Below, piece by piece: positions 50,755 through 64,000 of a stretch of DNA of 64,000 bases. This stretch comes from Tubulanus polymorphus (lineage: Eukaryota > Animalia > Nemertea). Below the pieces are notes generated by a model. It saw only the letters and a list, made by a program, of their open reading frames with translations, made no database searches and was not told where the DNA came from. Made by a program: the position numbers and the translations under genes. Position 1 is the first letter of the stretch, and every line of letters starts with the position of its first letter. The stretch is taken from NCBI RefSeq assembly GCF_964204645.1, contig NC_134032.1, forward strand, positions 11,148,275-11,212,274, given 5' to 3'.

Positions 50755-53700
50755 ATGGACGGGGACGATGGGAAAAATGCCTTGAATCCCGTCGATTCAA
50801 CTCCAACCTGTACCGAGGCTGCTGCAGGTTCGCCTACAGCTGGGACTAGCTACTCTACCCAGAAAACTACAACGGAAAAAAATAAAACTGACTCTACAAG
50901 TAAAAAAAGTAGAGCAAAAGCTGCTATTTTATCGGTACGTTGGTTCAAAAAACTTATTCTAGTGTCCTAAACCAATAACTAAGCTTTAGCCACCAACCAG
51001 GAAAGTATAAAAATAAACCTTTTTTCTCTCATTTTAGGAATTAAATTCAACAATGAAATTAAAAGCACAAAAAATCACATTACATTCGCGTAAAGACGAC
51101 TCCATTCCCCCGTCTCCTAGCAAGAACGATCGAACCGCCGGTGAGATCATTATCAAACCGTCGCCTTCACCTCCGGCGTCGAGGATACCACGAGCTTCGG
51201 CTCCGCGTCAGCGACGGAGGGATGTTAGAACACACGGAGGCGTTCCGGTTCCGAATCCGGCTTATACCTGGAACAGAGGCGGTCGAGTGAAAGAACTCAG
51301 AATCAGGTTCGTTTGGGTCTGTTTGGCCCCAGCCTTTAACCATCCCCCCTTAAAGACACTCAGATAATTTAGATGTAGTACTGATAAAATATCAGGGTCG
51401 AAGTTCTGAACACATGAATAGTGGGGATGATCAAAAGTTGGGCTTTCACATTTTGTGCTGTTAAAATGTCAGATGTCTGGTTTAGTACTTCCATTTAAAA
51501 TGGGGTACCCACACCGCTACTGTGGCAATTGAGGATTCCACGAGACAATTCCCAAGGTTTGCTAGTAGATAGTTGGTCTTCTGCTTCGATTTCTTCTACA
51601 TTTCAATTTAAACTAAATGAATTTTTCTCTTAAATGAAACAAAATCATTCATGAAAACTGTACCGATATCTGAGTAGAAAAATGAATGAATAATATATTC
51701 GGTGGGCACTGTGATAATGTATGGATTTGGGAGTCCAAAAATTCAGTTCAAGGATCATTAAAAATGAACTAATTTCGATAATGAACGACCTACAACTCAT
51801 CACACCCTCTGGTGTGATAGCTGGTGTTGCAGGTAACCCATTGAAAATGTCTCTGGGGAAGTTCTGCTACATTGAAGTGTGTATGAACTAAAATATGAAG
51901 ACCAGCTTAAAGATTTGAGACTTCCAAAAGACCTCAAAAACATAAATAAGTTTGATTTATCATTTATTTGTAGATGTCTGGCACGGAAGTTTCTACGAAT
52001 TTGGACGCGGAACACTTTCGGACGCGTTTTACCGTCCGTCGCTCGCGAGCATCATAACCGATTTCTCCTGCAGGGGGCGTTTCTCGACTGGTACGACCTC
52101 TGGTGGGAACAGCGAGTCGAATGGAGACTCGTTATTCGAGCCGAGTGCCACGACAGGTAAAGAAAAAATGAATTTCAGAAATAAGGACACGATTATTTTA
52201 TTTATTCTAGACCCCTGAGCCACGACGTAATGATCGCTGAATTTATTTATTTGGTAAAAAAATTGTTTCAGATATCGAATTTGGTTACTCGTTTGGAAAG
52301 CGTGGAGGGAATTCCTCGCGTGTCAGAAAGCGAAGAAATCCAGGTTAGCTGTAGCTGACGATTTCTGTAAGTCGAACGATTTCGAAAGATTTTAAAGCTC
52401 TCCATTTGAGAATTTCCACTACGAAATTCTAAAAATTTTGCCCTTATTTGTTGCATTTAGATAATAAACTGGCGGTGAAGAAAGCGTTGAACGGGTGGAA
52501 GGAATATCAAGATATTCGAAACGCGAAGGAATCGTTGAAAATCCGAGCGCAAGAATTCGCCGATAGAAATTTACTAAGGTGAAATTTTTCAGCAGTACTT
52601 TAGATTTATTTTAACTTTGTGTGGTTTAGATTCGAGGCACACTTGAAAATAACCGGTGGGTTATGCGTTGTTCTATGAATGTTTAATAAGTTTTTCAAGA
52701 TTTCGTGAAAAATTTGTCTGATCTTATTTCCCGGTTTCAATTACCGGTAGGTTGGTTATCGCATCAAACCTTAGCCTTGCTGGGTTTAAAGCTAAGGTTC
52801 TTGCTAGCAAAGTGCTTAACTTTGAAAAGATTTAGTAACGGGCCTTCAAAAGGGCTAACTTTTTACAAAAAAATATTCCATAAGTGCTTACTTTTGACTT
52901 AAAGTATCCCAAATTATGTTTTTGGATGGTGTTAGGTTGACGCTGGCGGTCTTCAATGATAAGGCAAAGAAAAGTGTCACTTTTTGCCTTACAAAAATGC
53001 TTAAAAAGTTAATCCTTTTACCGCTTAAAAGCGCTTAAAATTTCTCACTTATGCCCCGGCTCAACCACTTTGAACTTTACCTTGAGTGAAATTCATTGAG
53101 GTTTTCCCTATTTTCTGAACAGATGTTATTGGGAAGATTGGAAATTGAAGTTTTCTGACCTTCATCGCGACAAGCAGACGGAAGCTACAGCAGTTGAATT
53201 GTGGGCTCATCGCACAACTAGTAAGGTAGGTGTTAAAGTTCATGAACTGGGTACAGGTGCGGATAACATCGAAATTACTGACTTCCGACATTTTGATTTA
53301 GATTTAGAGACACCTGACGATGGTTTTTACAAAGAGTCTGAATCATTGTGTGAGGCTATTGTACTACTCGCTTAAAAATGCATGTTTTTACTGTTGCTCT
53401 GTGGCTAGGCTTGGCAGAAATGGAAGTCGGCGTACATGGAACGGATGAAAAGTCATCTGGCCGAAGCCGTTGCTTTAGAGCATTACGAAGTTACGATTGT
53501 TGGTAAATGCTTCGCTTCTTGGCAGACGTATCGAATTCACAGACGCGTCAAAGACAAAAATAAAAGTAAGGGTTCTGCTTAAAATAGTTACTCGGCGGGT
53601 TCTTCACAAAATCTAACCTCTAAGGCAAGGAGTGCTCTTCTCAAAATAATCTAACCTCTAAGGCAAGGAGGGAGGGTTCTTCTCAAAATCTGACCTCTAA

Positions 53701-56700
53701 TGCAAGGATTCTCAAAATCCAACGTATTAAGGTAACCTCTGAGAGAAGAGTTCTGGAAACATCACTGAGGGTTCTTCACAAAATGTTACCTCTAATGCAA
53801 GGGTTCTTCTCAAAATCTAACAAATGCAAAGATTCTCAAAATCTAACGTCTACTCTAAGGTACGGTAACCTCTGAGGCAAGAGTTCTGGAATTGTCACTG
53901 AGGGTTCTTCACTAAATTTTACCTCTAATGCTCAAGGGTTCTCAAAATCTCATCTCTAAGGCAAGAAAGGGTTCTCAAAATCTAACCTCCTAATGGCTAT
54001 GCTAGGGTTCTTCTAAAGCAACAGTTCTGAAATTATCAGATTATTATGAGGGTTTGTTTTTCTTGAATTACCTGCATTTTACTACAAATAGTATTACTAC
54101 AATAGATTTACTTTATTTTCGTATAGTGTACGGGGTCAGTATATATTTGACGAATTTGATGCGGAGAAGTTTTCAAAATTGGCACGAGCAATTCGTCACT
54201 CATCAGTCACAGGCGAAACATCAACATCGAATCGAACAGTCGTCTGAGAAATTCCGCAAACGCAGATTATTCGAACATTGGAAACTCTGTATCCTTTCAC
54301 TTGATCATCTAATCCCACAATTGCGGGTTTGAGATCGGTAATTTGAGTTCGAAGATGAGTCAAATTCAATTCTTTAACTCGTGAACTTTTAAAGATATGG
54401 AAATTTGCAGGCAAAAACAGTTGAAAATTGAGAAAGCAAAAGAACATTACAATTCTCAATTACTGGTGCGTGTCAAAACATCTGAGTTATTAAGCTGCAT
54501 CATTTTGTTCAACTAATGGATATTATTTATTAAGTTTTACAAACTGTTATTTGTTTCGTTCGTAGAACCGTTGTTTTAGTCAACTCCGTTTGGCCGTCGT
54601 TCGACGTAAAATTAAAGAAATGAGAATCAAAATGGCCGACGAATTCCACGAAAAACAGGTATGTAAAAATACTAGGAAGGTGAGAAAAGTAACAATTTGC
54701 CTGGAATCGGCACACTGCTGTAAGGTGTGAGAGATTTCAAGATTTCATCTTTCTTGTAATTCAACGAGGAATTTATTTTGTTTATCTAGGTGGTCTCACA
54801 GATTTGGACGACGTGGATTCGAGCGTGCGAACAAAACGAAGAATTGAAACTGATGTTTGAAACGAGAAAAGCTCGAGAACATTACAGGTATAGTAGAATC
54901 TCTGTCTGACCATGAACTTTCAAGTGTGGTCCGTCTTCTTATGAACTGTAAAGGCTGTCAGTCTGCTCATGGACTAAAGTTTGTCATTGGATTGTAAAAT
55001 CTATCTACTCATGGAATTTAAAGCCTGTCTGCTTGTGGACTGTGAAGTCCATCTGCCCATGGATTCTAAGTCTATCTTCCTATAGACTGTACTGTAAATT
55101 CTGTTATACCCTGAATTGTAACATCTCAGTTCCATCAGTCTATGGATTGTTAAGTCCATTTTCTCCTTAGATTTTAAGAAATAGGCAACTAGAAATGTTT
55201 GTAGTTGTAGATAAATTATGCCTAAATTGGTACAGTTGGGATCAGGATTATCTGAAATTATCTCCTTTAAAACTCCTTTCGAACTCGCTTGGAATCCTGG
55301 AATGACTAATCTGTACAGAACCTGTTCAGTAATTTTCTATACCTCACATTTTTTCTAGATTATCACTTTTGAAAAAAGCGATGACCGGTTGGTCGCTGTA
55401 TCGAGAACAACGAAAACGCAAACAGGATCTGCTGTTGAAAGCGGACGCGTATTTCGCCGTGACCGCGGTGCCGAGATACCTCGAGAGAATGAGGCAGTTT
55501 GTCGTCATATCAAAGGCCTGGAAAGAGATGAATCAACAAGCGCAAGACTTCCGAGCGTAAGCAAAAGAAAATGATTAGGCCTTAGATCTATTTGCATGTG
55601 TGAAATTTCATGAATATTTTCTATAAAGAGTGATCTGATATGTATGAAATGAAATTTAGAGATAGTTAAACTTTTATTTCATAGTGAAAGTCTTCAAAGT
55701 TGTTATCTGAGCTGCTGGTATCAAGCCTGGCAACTGGAACAAGAGTCGCGAACCATGGACAGAATTGTAATTTCTATAGCCAAACCTTCTTTTCGTTGTT
55801 GTTAGTTGGGCCGAAAATTAGAAAAAATTTGAATTCGACTCATTTTCTCTCATTTTTCAGGCCATAATTCACCGTCAAAATGTTTTGACTCGTAGCACGT
55901 TCGACTACTGGAAAAAGCAGACGGAACTGCGATTGATCGACACGCATAAACAGGTGAGGGGAGGAGCTAACTCAGAGGTGTATGACTAGATAACTGATTT
56001 TCGAATGAAAACTCTTTCAGTGATTCTACAAAATTGCTTTGCTTTCTCGATTAGGATGAAGCGGATGAACTATATTTACGTGGTTTATTGGTGAAAGTGA
56101 CGTCCGCCTGGAAACTTTACGTTCAAAATGAGAAAGAGCATCGTTTACAGAAGAGGCTCGCCGCGCAGCATAACTATCAAATAATGCTCAGTAAACACTG
56201 GTCACACTGGAAATCTGTAAGTAGTAGTAGAGATGGGTGTGTTAAGGGGAGCAGAAGTTCAAAGGTCCCTGAATTTAAAAACTATCGTATTAAATAAGGT
56301 AGCCATCAAAATTAGCCTCTTGATCATGTACTCCACAGAAAGAGTATCTAATCAGCGGGCAGGCGGTCTGCACCCAGGAAACTCCTCCTTAGATCCACCT
56401 AGGTCTCTGCAAAAGAAAAATTCCCAATGTCCTTGTTGGGCTAGTTTAGAAAAGTTAGTTAAGAAAAAAAAATTGTTCTTTTTTTTAGGTTTATGACAAG
56501 AGGAAAGAGTGTAGTCACCGGCTAAAAACAGCAGACGGACATCGTAGGAGACGTCTGCTCCGAATTGCGTTCAACTCTTGGCGCGTTTACCATCAACAAT
56601 CGACGGGAGTCGTGGCGATCGCCGAGCAACGCGGGCAGAAATACGACACGGAATGTCTGCGGTAAGTGGCTGGCATTTTCTGAAAAAAATAGATTAGAAT

Positions 56701-59700
56701 TATTTTGGAAATAATCTTCAAGATTTTGAAACCGCGTTTTCGTACAGATGGGCTATCATGACGTGGAGAGAGAACGCCGTCGAACAGAAACAAGAGCGCC
56801 ATCTATTGGCCCAAGCCGATGTTTATCACAGGCGGAACGTCGTACAGCGCGTGTTTGCTGTCTGGCACGAGTACGCCGAGGTCCACACGTATAAGAAACA
56901 GCAAACCGTCGACATGGTTCGAGAAACCGCGCAACATTTAGATAAAGGTAAGGATTGAATGAAATTGTTCACTGTTTCTCAGGGTAAGTTTCGCAGAATT
57001 TTGAAAATGTTTGTTTACTTACCAGTACACATCTCACTGCAGTGTAAATAGGGTGGCCACTGTCCTGGAAAACCTGGAATACCGGAAAATATCAGGGAAT
57101 TTGACAAATTTTACTAACAGCCTGGTAAAACTTGGGCAATTTGTATCGACCTCGCGTTTCTTTATCAATATGTGATTCATACGAAAAATAGAATGATCGT
57201 AACATTTTAAACCAAGAAATTTGTATGAACAAACTCCACTTCACTCTCAATGCTAATTAGTCAATATTGGACAATAGCTGTGATAGGTGACTATTGTGAT
57301 AGCTGCATCGCCTCATAGTAGCATTGGCGGTAGAAAATGTGTTGAAACCTAAACTTATTCAGTGGAACTTGACTGTTGAGAGTCTACGGTCTCATTAAGC
57401 TAGCAATCCCCCCGTCGGATACTGAATTGTTTCGTGTTGGTGATTTGTAGGTATTTTACGGAGAGCATTCAGCTACTGGTGTAAACAGCGCGACGCCGCC
57501 GTGCTGTACCGTTTGAAATTAGAACAGGCTTCGATACACAACGGCGGCAGAGTTCAGCAACAAGTCATCGCCGCCTGGAAAACATTCGTCAAACGCAGTC
57601 TACAAAAAAGGGTAAGTTGTAAAAAATAGGAAATTCGATGATTCCATATGAAGCAGCAGCAGCTATCCTTTCTCAAAGCTTTGATGAGCTCTTGTGGTAA
57701 ATTGATGTCATAGGGGTATTAGTGGAGCCAGTCATCTTCTCTATCAAGGTTGAGACCCTAATGACTTAAATCAGTAGGAGAGTTGATGTTGGTCATTGGG
57801 TGTTTTAGAGAGCCAGCCATCTTCTATCAAAAGGCTGAGACCCTAGTGCATTAAATCAGTGCGGCATTTAGTGGAGGAAGTGGAGGAAGTGGTCTTCTAG
57901 AATTACAAATGTCATAGGGGGAATTAGGGCAGCCATTCAGGAAGTGTCCATAGATACTGCCAAATTCGGTTGACTCGTATGATGAAATCATAGGGGGATT
58001 TATGGAGGCATCTTTTCTAGTAAGTTGTACATATCAATATTTCAGTTGATGGCTCGGCAGTCGCAGTGGTTCCTTCAAACGACGCTTACAGCGAAATTCT
58101 TCTCCGCTTGGAAGAACGCCCACCAGGTGGCACTAGAAGAAAATTCCAAGACAGCCGTCGCGCTTTGGCAATGGAGTTTAACGTTGCAGGCGAAGGTGAG
58201 ATTGATTTCGTGGAAATTGAGTTCTACTACGATATTTCGATATCGGTTTGAGACAATATCTTTTTGATATATTCCGCGCAGGTGTTCGCCGGTTGGAAGC
58301 GATATTTCGAGGAGAGCAGACGGAAACGCCAACGTTACGAAGCGGCGATGGAAGAACGTCGACGAGATCTTATTTCGAACGGTTTGCGTCGATGGCTTCG
58401 AATGTCGTCGGATATGATCGAAATGCGTACGAAATGGGCCGCGCAAAGACAGGCGACGGTAAGAGAACGGCATCTTTTTTTTACTCGATTTCGTATAAAA
58501 TCCCCTTCAATTTTCGAGAACAGAATTTTAATTTTTTATTCATATAAAAGGAAAGCCTTTCTAAATTAACAAATTTCCTTAGATCTTTCTCGAATTTTCG
58601 ATGACCTGATCTGACTCGAAGTCAACGGAAATCTAAAAGGGGCTCTGTTTTGCTTTGGGCGTGTTTCTCACGCCTGATGGTGTTCTTAGATCCTCTGCTC
58701 GATTGACCTAAAGAATATAATTTTAGCAAAAGAGGCCTTTTAGTCTATTTTGGGACTTCGTTGCATTCCTGCTTATCCCCTATCAGATTTTTCAATGATC
58801 TGCTAACTTAAATTCTATCGGAATCTAAGGGGGCTTCTTTTGGCAGGGGCTCTAGTGTCTATTTCAACTGGACTTGAAAGCAAATTAGGTGGCCTCGCTC
58901 AGTCGTTTTTGGTAGCGCATACCTGATAAAAGTCTTATTAGGACTAAGAAAGGACTGGCAGTTGAAGTTTGGTATGTAGGCATGGAAACATTGTTAAGCT
59001 TTCAATTCATGGCGTCACTTTTCTTTATTCAACCTCTTTCAATGAAGACTTTTTACAATCATTCCATGCAGTGTAAAATGGATTAAAAGATAGTCCTTTC
59101 TGGTCTTATAAGACTTTTATTAGGTAAGTACCACCAAAACTGACCGAGCGAGGCCACCTGATGTGCTCTCAAGTCAAGTTGCAATAGACATTAGTCTTCG
59201 CATACTTCAGCAGCTTCTGCCTCTATTTTCACTGATCTACAGATGTAAATTCGCCAAAATGAAGCTCTCATCCTCTGACTGTTTGGGATTTTCTGCCGAG
59301 ATGATTGTGCGTTAATCATGATATTTTTGTTGCAGACGGCGTATGGCGCCACGTGTCTCGTTCAACGCTACGCGCGGCACTGGAGACGCGTTACGGCGAA
59401 GCGTAAAGCCGACCGCGGCGGCGCTGCTTTACCACCTCGTCGCAAACCTCCGGCAGACGTGCACAAACCAGGAGCAGACGTGCGTAAACCAGTTACTACC
59501 GAAACTCCTCCATTCATTCGAGCTCGACAACGGTAAAAAAACAAAATAAACTTTTATTCGAAACAGGGCCCAGTTGTCAGCTGAATATTTAACTCCTGGA
59601 AACATGAAGTTAGTTACCTAATCGTTGGTGGTAAGCTTATCTGATGGGCTTATACCAGTATATGTGGTTTGTTAAAATATCCGATAGTGAAACTAAACCA

Positions 59701-61886
59701 CAGATAGGTTACTGACTAGGAAACATTGAAAACGAACTAGTTTTGACTCTTGAGTTATGTCTGATGAAAAAACTTTGGAACTGGGCCCCGCTTTCTATCT
59801 TAATGAAATTATTATGCTTTCTGCATCAATGGCCGAACTCTTGTAACCAACCCAACTTTGCTAGGAGTCAATTTGATTCCGGATGTTTATGTATTATTTT
59901 CAAGAGCCATATCGGAGACTGATTTACGCAGCGTGAGATCGAACCGTCCGGCACCGAGACGTCCAGCATTCCTCATCGAATCGTTGAAACGCGAAGGTCT
60001 TTATGATCCGACTACAGAAAAAAGGTACGATTATTTTCCGTTGTGTTGTGAATTTGATTCCGAGTCGATTCATTTCCAAATGCTTTCACTCAACGGAGTC
60101 AAATTGGAAGGAAGGATAACCATAGTTGTGTGTCGTTTTCATTCTCATTTCACTCGTAAGACATTAACCCCGATATGAAGCTACTATTCACTAGTAACAA
60201 AAGACAGTCATTACTCATTATACTATATACTGCTACTGTTTTTTTCAACTTGACTTGAGAGCATATCTGGTGGCTTAGCTCGGTCAGTTTTGATGGTACA
60301 TAAACTAATTCTTGAAATGTTTAATTGCAGAGATTCCGCCGTGGAAGCATCGCGTCCCATATCGATGTTCGAGTTAGAACCGTCCGCCGAGCGCTGTTTT
60401 AATCCGTCTGCTGCTACGAGAATCGATTATCTCCAACTACCGACGGTTACTCGACAACGCGAATCGACGACAATCGATACTCCCGTTACCGCGACGACGA
60501 TGAATAAAAGCGCGTCGATGGATCAGATAAGCGGTCGGAAATGTTGGGACGTCGAAAACGGCGGAACGATTCGTCGTAAAACGGCGCCGAAGAAGATTGA
60601 AATTTCCATCGGCGATCGCGACATCGTCGAGGTTAAACCGCCGACCGATACTAAACGACAATCGGCGTTACCGTGGCAAGCGTCGGATACGGATCGATCG
60701 AGCGATTCCGCGCCTTCGAGTCCGAGAATTTTACTGACGCCGGAAGCGTTTTCGCCGCCGAGAAAAATCGCCCCGCGACGGGAACCGGAAAAATCTGGTT
60801 TGAATCTGCTGCCGCCGTCCGCCTTCACGGCGACGAAACTGGTGGCGCCGTCTACTGAGTCTTACGGAGTCCAACGGAAAGGTTAGTAAGAAAAGAATTA
60901 GAATTCCGATCGAATCTTGCGCAATTCAAATTTTGAAATCTTTGATGATTTCGTCGTCGACTTTTTTTTTCCAGATTTCGAGCGTCCGTTGATGTGGAGT
61001 AACATCGACGATCCGATGATGACCTTGTACGAATTCCAGTCACCGGCAGACGAACTGCTGCACATCAAAAATCAACTGCAAAAATATCGCAACGAGAAAC
61101 AACGACTCGGGTAAGAGTTAGAAATATCTCCCTTCACTCTCCTCACCCTCACCAGTTCACACCCTTATTCTTTTTACTCATTCTCTCTCTCCTTCCCTTA
61201 CTTTTCTCTCCTCTCCCGCAGGACTAGTTTAGCTTAATCTCCACATCTTTTCACTTCTTTCTCTATGAAATTTTGTATATCAAATTGTGTTTTTAGTTTG
61301 TTGAAAAGCCAGTACGATCAACTGTCTGCGCTGTTTCCGGCAAACGCCGCCGCGGATACGGAACTAGATATGAAGGAAGTTTACGGGGAATTAAAACAGG
61401 TTAGTGCCATTTTCGTTTAGCAGGGGGGGTGCTAATTCAGTCAAATCCCACAATACAGAAAAGCAAAAATGAGTCCGAAAGAGGTCCTTGAACTGCAGTT
61501 TACTTTCGACATTTCGACTTAATTATGATTAGCTATCTTCAGGAATACTTCAGCGAGTGCTGTTCAGGGAAAATTTCAAATTTAATAAACCAGAAATAAG
61601 CATCTTGAAACTTATACTTTTCCATGAATCTGGTTCTGAAGTGCGTTACAAAAATGACTGGCTTTTATGCCATCATTCGGAAGTTTTTCAAAATTTTGAT
61701 TTTCGTAAATCAGAAATGCCATCATTTGGAAGTTTTACGACTCATTCGTAATTTTGCGGATATTATTGCATTCAGATGGAAGACGAAGTAAAGAATTTGA
61801 CGCGTTGGATCGAATCGGAAAAACCTAGATACAATCGCTACGTGACTCGAGCTCGATCGATTGTGCAGCAGACGTCTAAATCGTAG
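50755..61886 (+). CDS. SFI1: SFI1 centrin-binding protein homolog, about 26 exons
   Basis: [30 protein letters not shown]...WWEQRVEWRLVIRAECHDRY matches the recalled SFI1 N-terminus, followed by many Trp-containing repeats. Approximate exon starts: 50755, 51038, 51974, 52272, 52461, 53123, 53409, 54127, 54395, 54566, 54790, 55359, 55685, 55861, 56055, 56490, 56749, 57451, 58046, 58282, 59336, 59905, 60331, 60975, 61297, 61776. Stop TAG at 61884-61886. Confidence 0.9.
53595..54020. repeat. Intronic minisatellite, about 30-bp unit GGGTTCTTCTCAAAATCTAACCTCTAAGGCAA
   Basis: More than 10 degenerate tandem copies. Confidence 0.8.
54289..54394 (+). other. U12-type (minor spliceosome) GT-AG intron in SFI1
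   Basis: 5' site GTATCCTTT; branch site TTCTTTAAC at 54370-54378, about 17 nt before AAG; splicing restores WKLYMEICRQKQ. Confidence 0.85.
54900..55160. repeat. Degenerate minisatellite, about 24-bp unit TGTAAAGTCTATCTGCTCATGGAC
   Basis: About 10 degenerate tandem copies. Confidence 0.6.
57700..58020 (+). repeat. Repeat-spacer array of the TGATGTCATAGGGG family in an SFI1 intron
   Basis: About 5 degenerate cores, ending about 25 nt before the 58046 acceptor. Confidence 0.7.
58852..59194. mobile_element. MITE with about 100-bp inverted arms, TA-flanked
   Basis: GTGTCTATTTCAACTGGACTTGA...AGGTGGCCTCGCTC is mirrored by GAGCGAGGCCACCT...TCAAGTCAAGTTGCAATAGACAT. Confidence 0.8.
59567..59787. mobile_element. 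Harbinger-like MITE
   Basis: CAG|GGCCCAGTT...AACTGGGCC|CCG termini. Confidence 0.6.
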
Positions 61887-62030
61887 ACTAGGAGCAAAGA
61901 GAGAGAAGAGCGGGACGGGGTAGAGGAGACTCGGAAGAGAGAGACATGCATAGGAGGGACATAGGCATTTATAAGTGTATCTGCTTTGGTAAGACATATC
62001 CGAGGACTCAGTTCTACAGTTATGGGTTGA

Positions 62031-62355
62031 TTAAAACCGTTTCAGTGTGTTTGCGCTGCAGTGCGGTCGTATGAATCGGTGATGGACTGCATCGTGGTGT
62101 ATTCATGTAATTAGTGATCGGTAAATATCTCCTTAAAGGCACTAGCGCCAAACACGTTGAAAAATAAGTAATTAATGACCGCACTGCGGTGTAGATGCTC
62201 CTCAGCAGTATGCTGTTATATAAAGCACTAATCTCCAAATTATTTCTAGCACAAAAAAGGCTGATTTTGTGTTTTGGGGAGAAGTTGAAAAATTCAAATT
62301 TCATGCCTACGTAATTAAAATGATCCATAAAGATTAGTCAGCACTGAATAGGTTC
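62031..62355. mobile_element. Degenerate piggyBac-like MITE downstream of the SFI1 stop
   Basis: TTAAAACCGTTTCAGTG...GCACTGAATAGGTT; internally similar to 12967-13359 and 7177-7515. Confidence 0.55.
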
Positions 62356-63511
62356 AGTTGGTACCTGCAGCACTGGTTCCCCGCGGCTGAAAGTACATAT
62401 AACACTATCGATAAAGTGATAATTATGTACCATATTTTACCATTTTTCGATTAGTTTAAAATGTGCATTTATGAGATATGAGATATTATATATAGTAGTT
62501 TAGACCTAAGGCGGCTGGTACGCCGGGATTATTATCAAGTATATAGAAATCGAAAATAAATGAATATCATTTAAATCCGAGCTCTTTCGATTTCTTCATC
62601 TGTGGACCTTTTATCAATTTTCCGGTTTTATCGAGAGATCAAACAATAGCCGTGATTGAGGATACTCCAACCCTACCCTCATAAACCTCCTATTCAAGTG
62701 AAGTTTCAATCATACATTGTGGACGACTGGAAGGGTTTGTCCCTATGGATAACCTGAAACCACGAACTTGGCTTTTTGAGGGAAAATCATCCTTTATTAA
62801 AAGATATAGAGAGTTCAAGACATACGAGGACTATTTTTTTATACAAAAGTGAACGTATTTTATTTTCACTTAACAGTGTACTAAGTTTGCGAATATGAAT
62901 AAATTACGAACCAGTAATAATAAAATATTACGTTATAAATTATACATCATATAAATTATACATAAATTATACATTATATATCACATTATAAATGTGATAG
63001 TAAATATCACAAAATCAACTTGTGTCATGACTGAAAAAATATGCCTGCTTCGCACAGCGAAATCAGAGGACAATCTAAATCAATGAAAATATCATAATTC
63101 TCTCGTTTATTCGATAAATCTTTCAATGAATTGAGTCTTATTTATTCAAATTCGTAGGAAGTATCAGTTCCTATGTGTTCTGGTAAGCGGACAAAGCAGG
63201 TCATCATTAATTCAATATTACATTAAATATCTTATACACGAATAATACGATTATTCTAAATGAAGATGCATACGTAAGTTGTAGACGGAAGGTAAATAAT
63301 TCAAAAAATTAAATCTACATCAAAAAATATTTTTCTTCTAAACGTAAAATTTTAACAATTATAATGGAAACAATACATTTTCATAACATGGAAGCACGAA
63401 TCATCGAATACTAAATCATCACGAAACATATCGTATAAAAAAGTACACATTTTGTAAACAGGGGAGCACAGTTTCATGAAAAAATTCAGGTGAAAACCTT
63501 TTTTTTGGAAA

Positions 63512-63866
63512 GGGACCGTTCATTAAGTACGTACGCAAAAAATAGTACCTTTTTTCAGGGTGCTAGCTCGTGTACGCACATCGTACTATTATCACGACAT
63601 ATAGCTTGCCCCTCTTTGAGGGATTTACTAGGATGCACCCTTTTAAAGGGGGTATTTAATTCATTATATTGTTCAAGACACATGGCTGAACATTTACCTA
63701 GATGAGTAGCCAGGCTACTACAAGATTATACCATAGAAATTAGTGCACTTTGATTTATTTAGTACGTACGTTTTGTGTAAATAGCTACCTAGCTTTGTAC
63801 ACAGATTGTACGCTTTTGCTGTTGAGGTCCTACCTAGGGCTTGGGCATGTATTTAATGAACGGTCC
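63512..63866. mobile_element. MITE with GGACCGTTCATTAA...TTAATGAACGGTCC TIRs
   Basis: 14-bp perfect inverted termini, similar to the 31439 element. Confidence 0.7.
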
Positions 63867-64000
63867 GAAATGACAAGCTTACTACCCTGGTTTCAAGGCT
63901 GTTAAAAAATCTTCAGCAATCATCTTTTTTGGAAGTCATTGAGGTAAAATATGGAATGTAAGCAACAGTAAGTAAGGAAATATTCCAAGTTCTAAACACA

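Overview
Eukaryotic (invertebrate animal-like) genomic DNA with GT-AG spliced genes and introns dense in small transposons. There are three blocks. (1) 312-25697, minus strand: 36 coding exons of the HECT E3 ligase UBR5/hyd, from the ATG through the UBA domain and UBR-box to the start of the MLLE domain; the HECT domain lies left of the window. (2) About 26300-49100: an AT-rich, locally amplified transporter island. It holds two intronless, highly divergent SLC18 (VMAT/VAChT-like) copies on the minus strand (one intact, one with a nonsense codon), then three tandem units of [decayed SLC18-like pseudogene on plus + 9-exon SLC17-like gene on minus]. By manual alignment both families have lost the canonical proton-coupling acidic residues, and the three SLC17 paralogs differ at the TM1 substrate arginine (I/K/R). 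(3) 50755-61886, plus strand: the centrin-binding protein SFI1 (about 26 exons), including a U12-type intron. Mobile DNA includes Harbinger-like MITEs with CWG target duplications (some nested), piggyBac-like and hAT-like MITEs, a MADF-bearing Harbinger remnant, LINE remnants, a tRNA-derived SINE, a fold-back element flanked by a 63-bp direct repeat, and dispersed repeat-spacer arrays. All homology calls come from manual reading and recall of family motifs; no database search was run.
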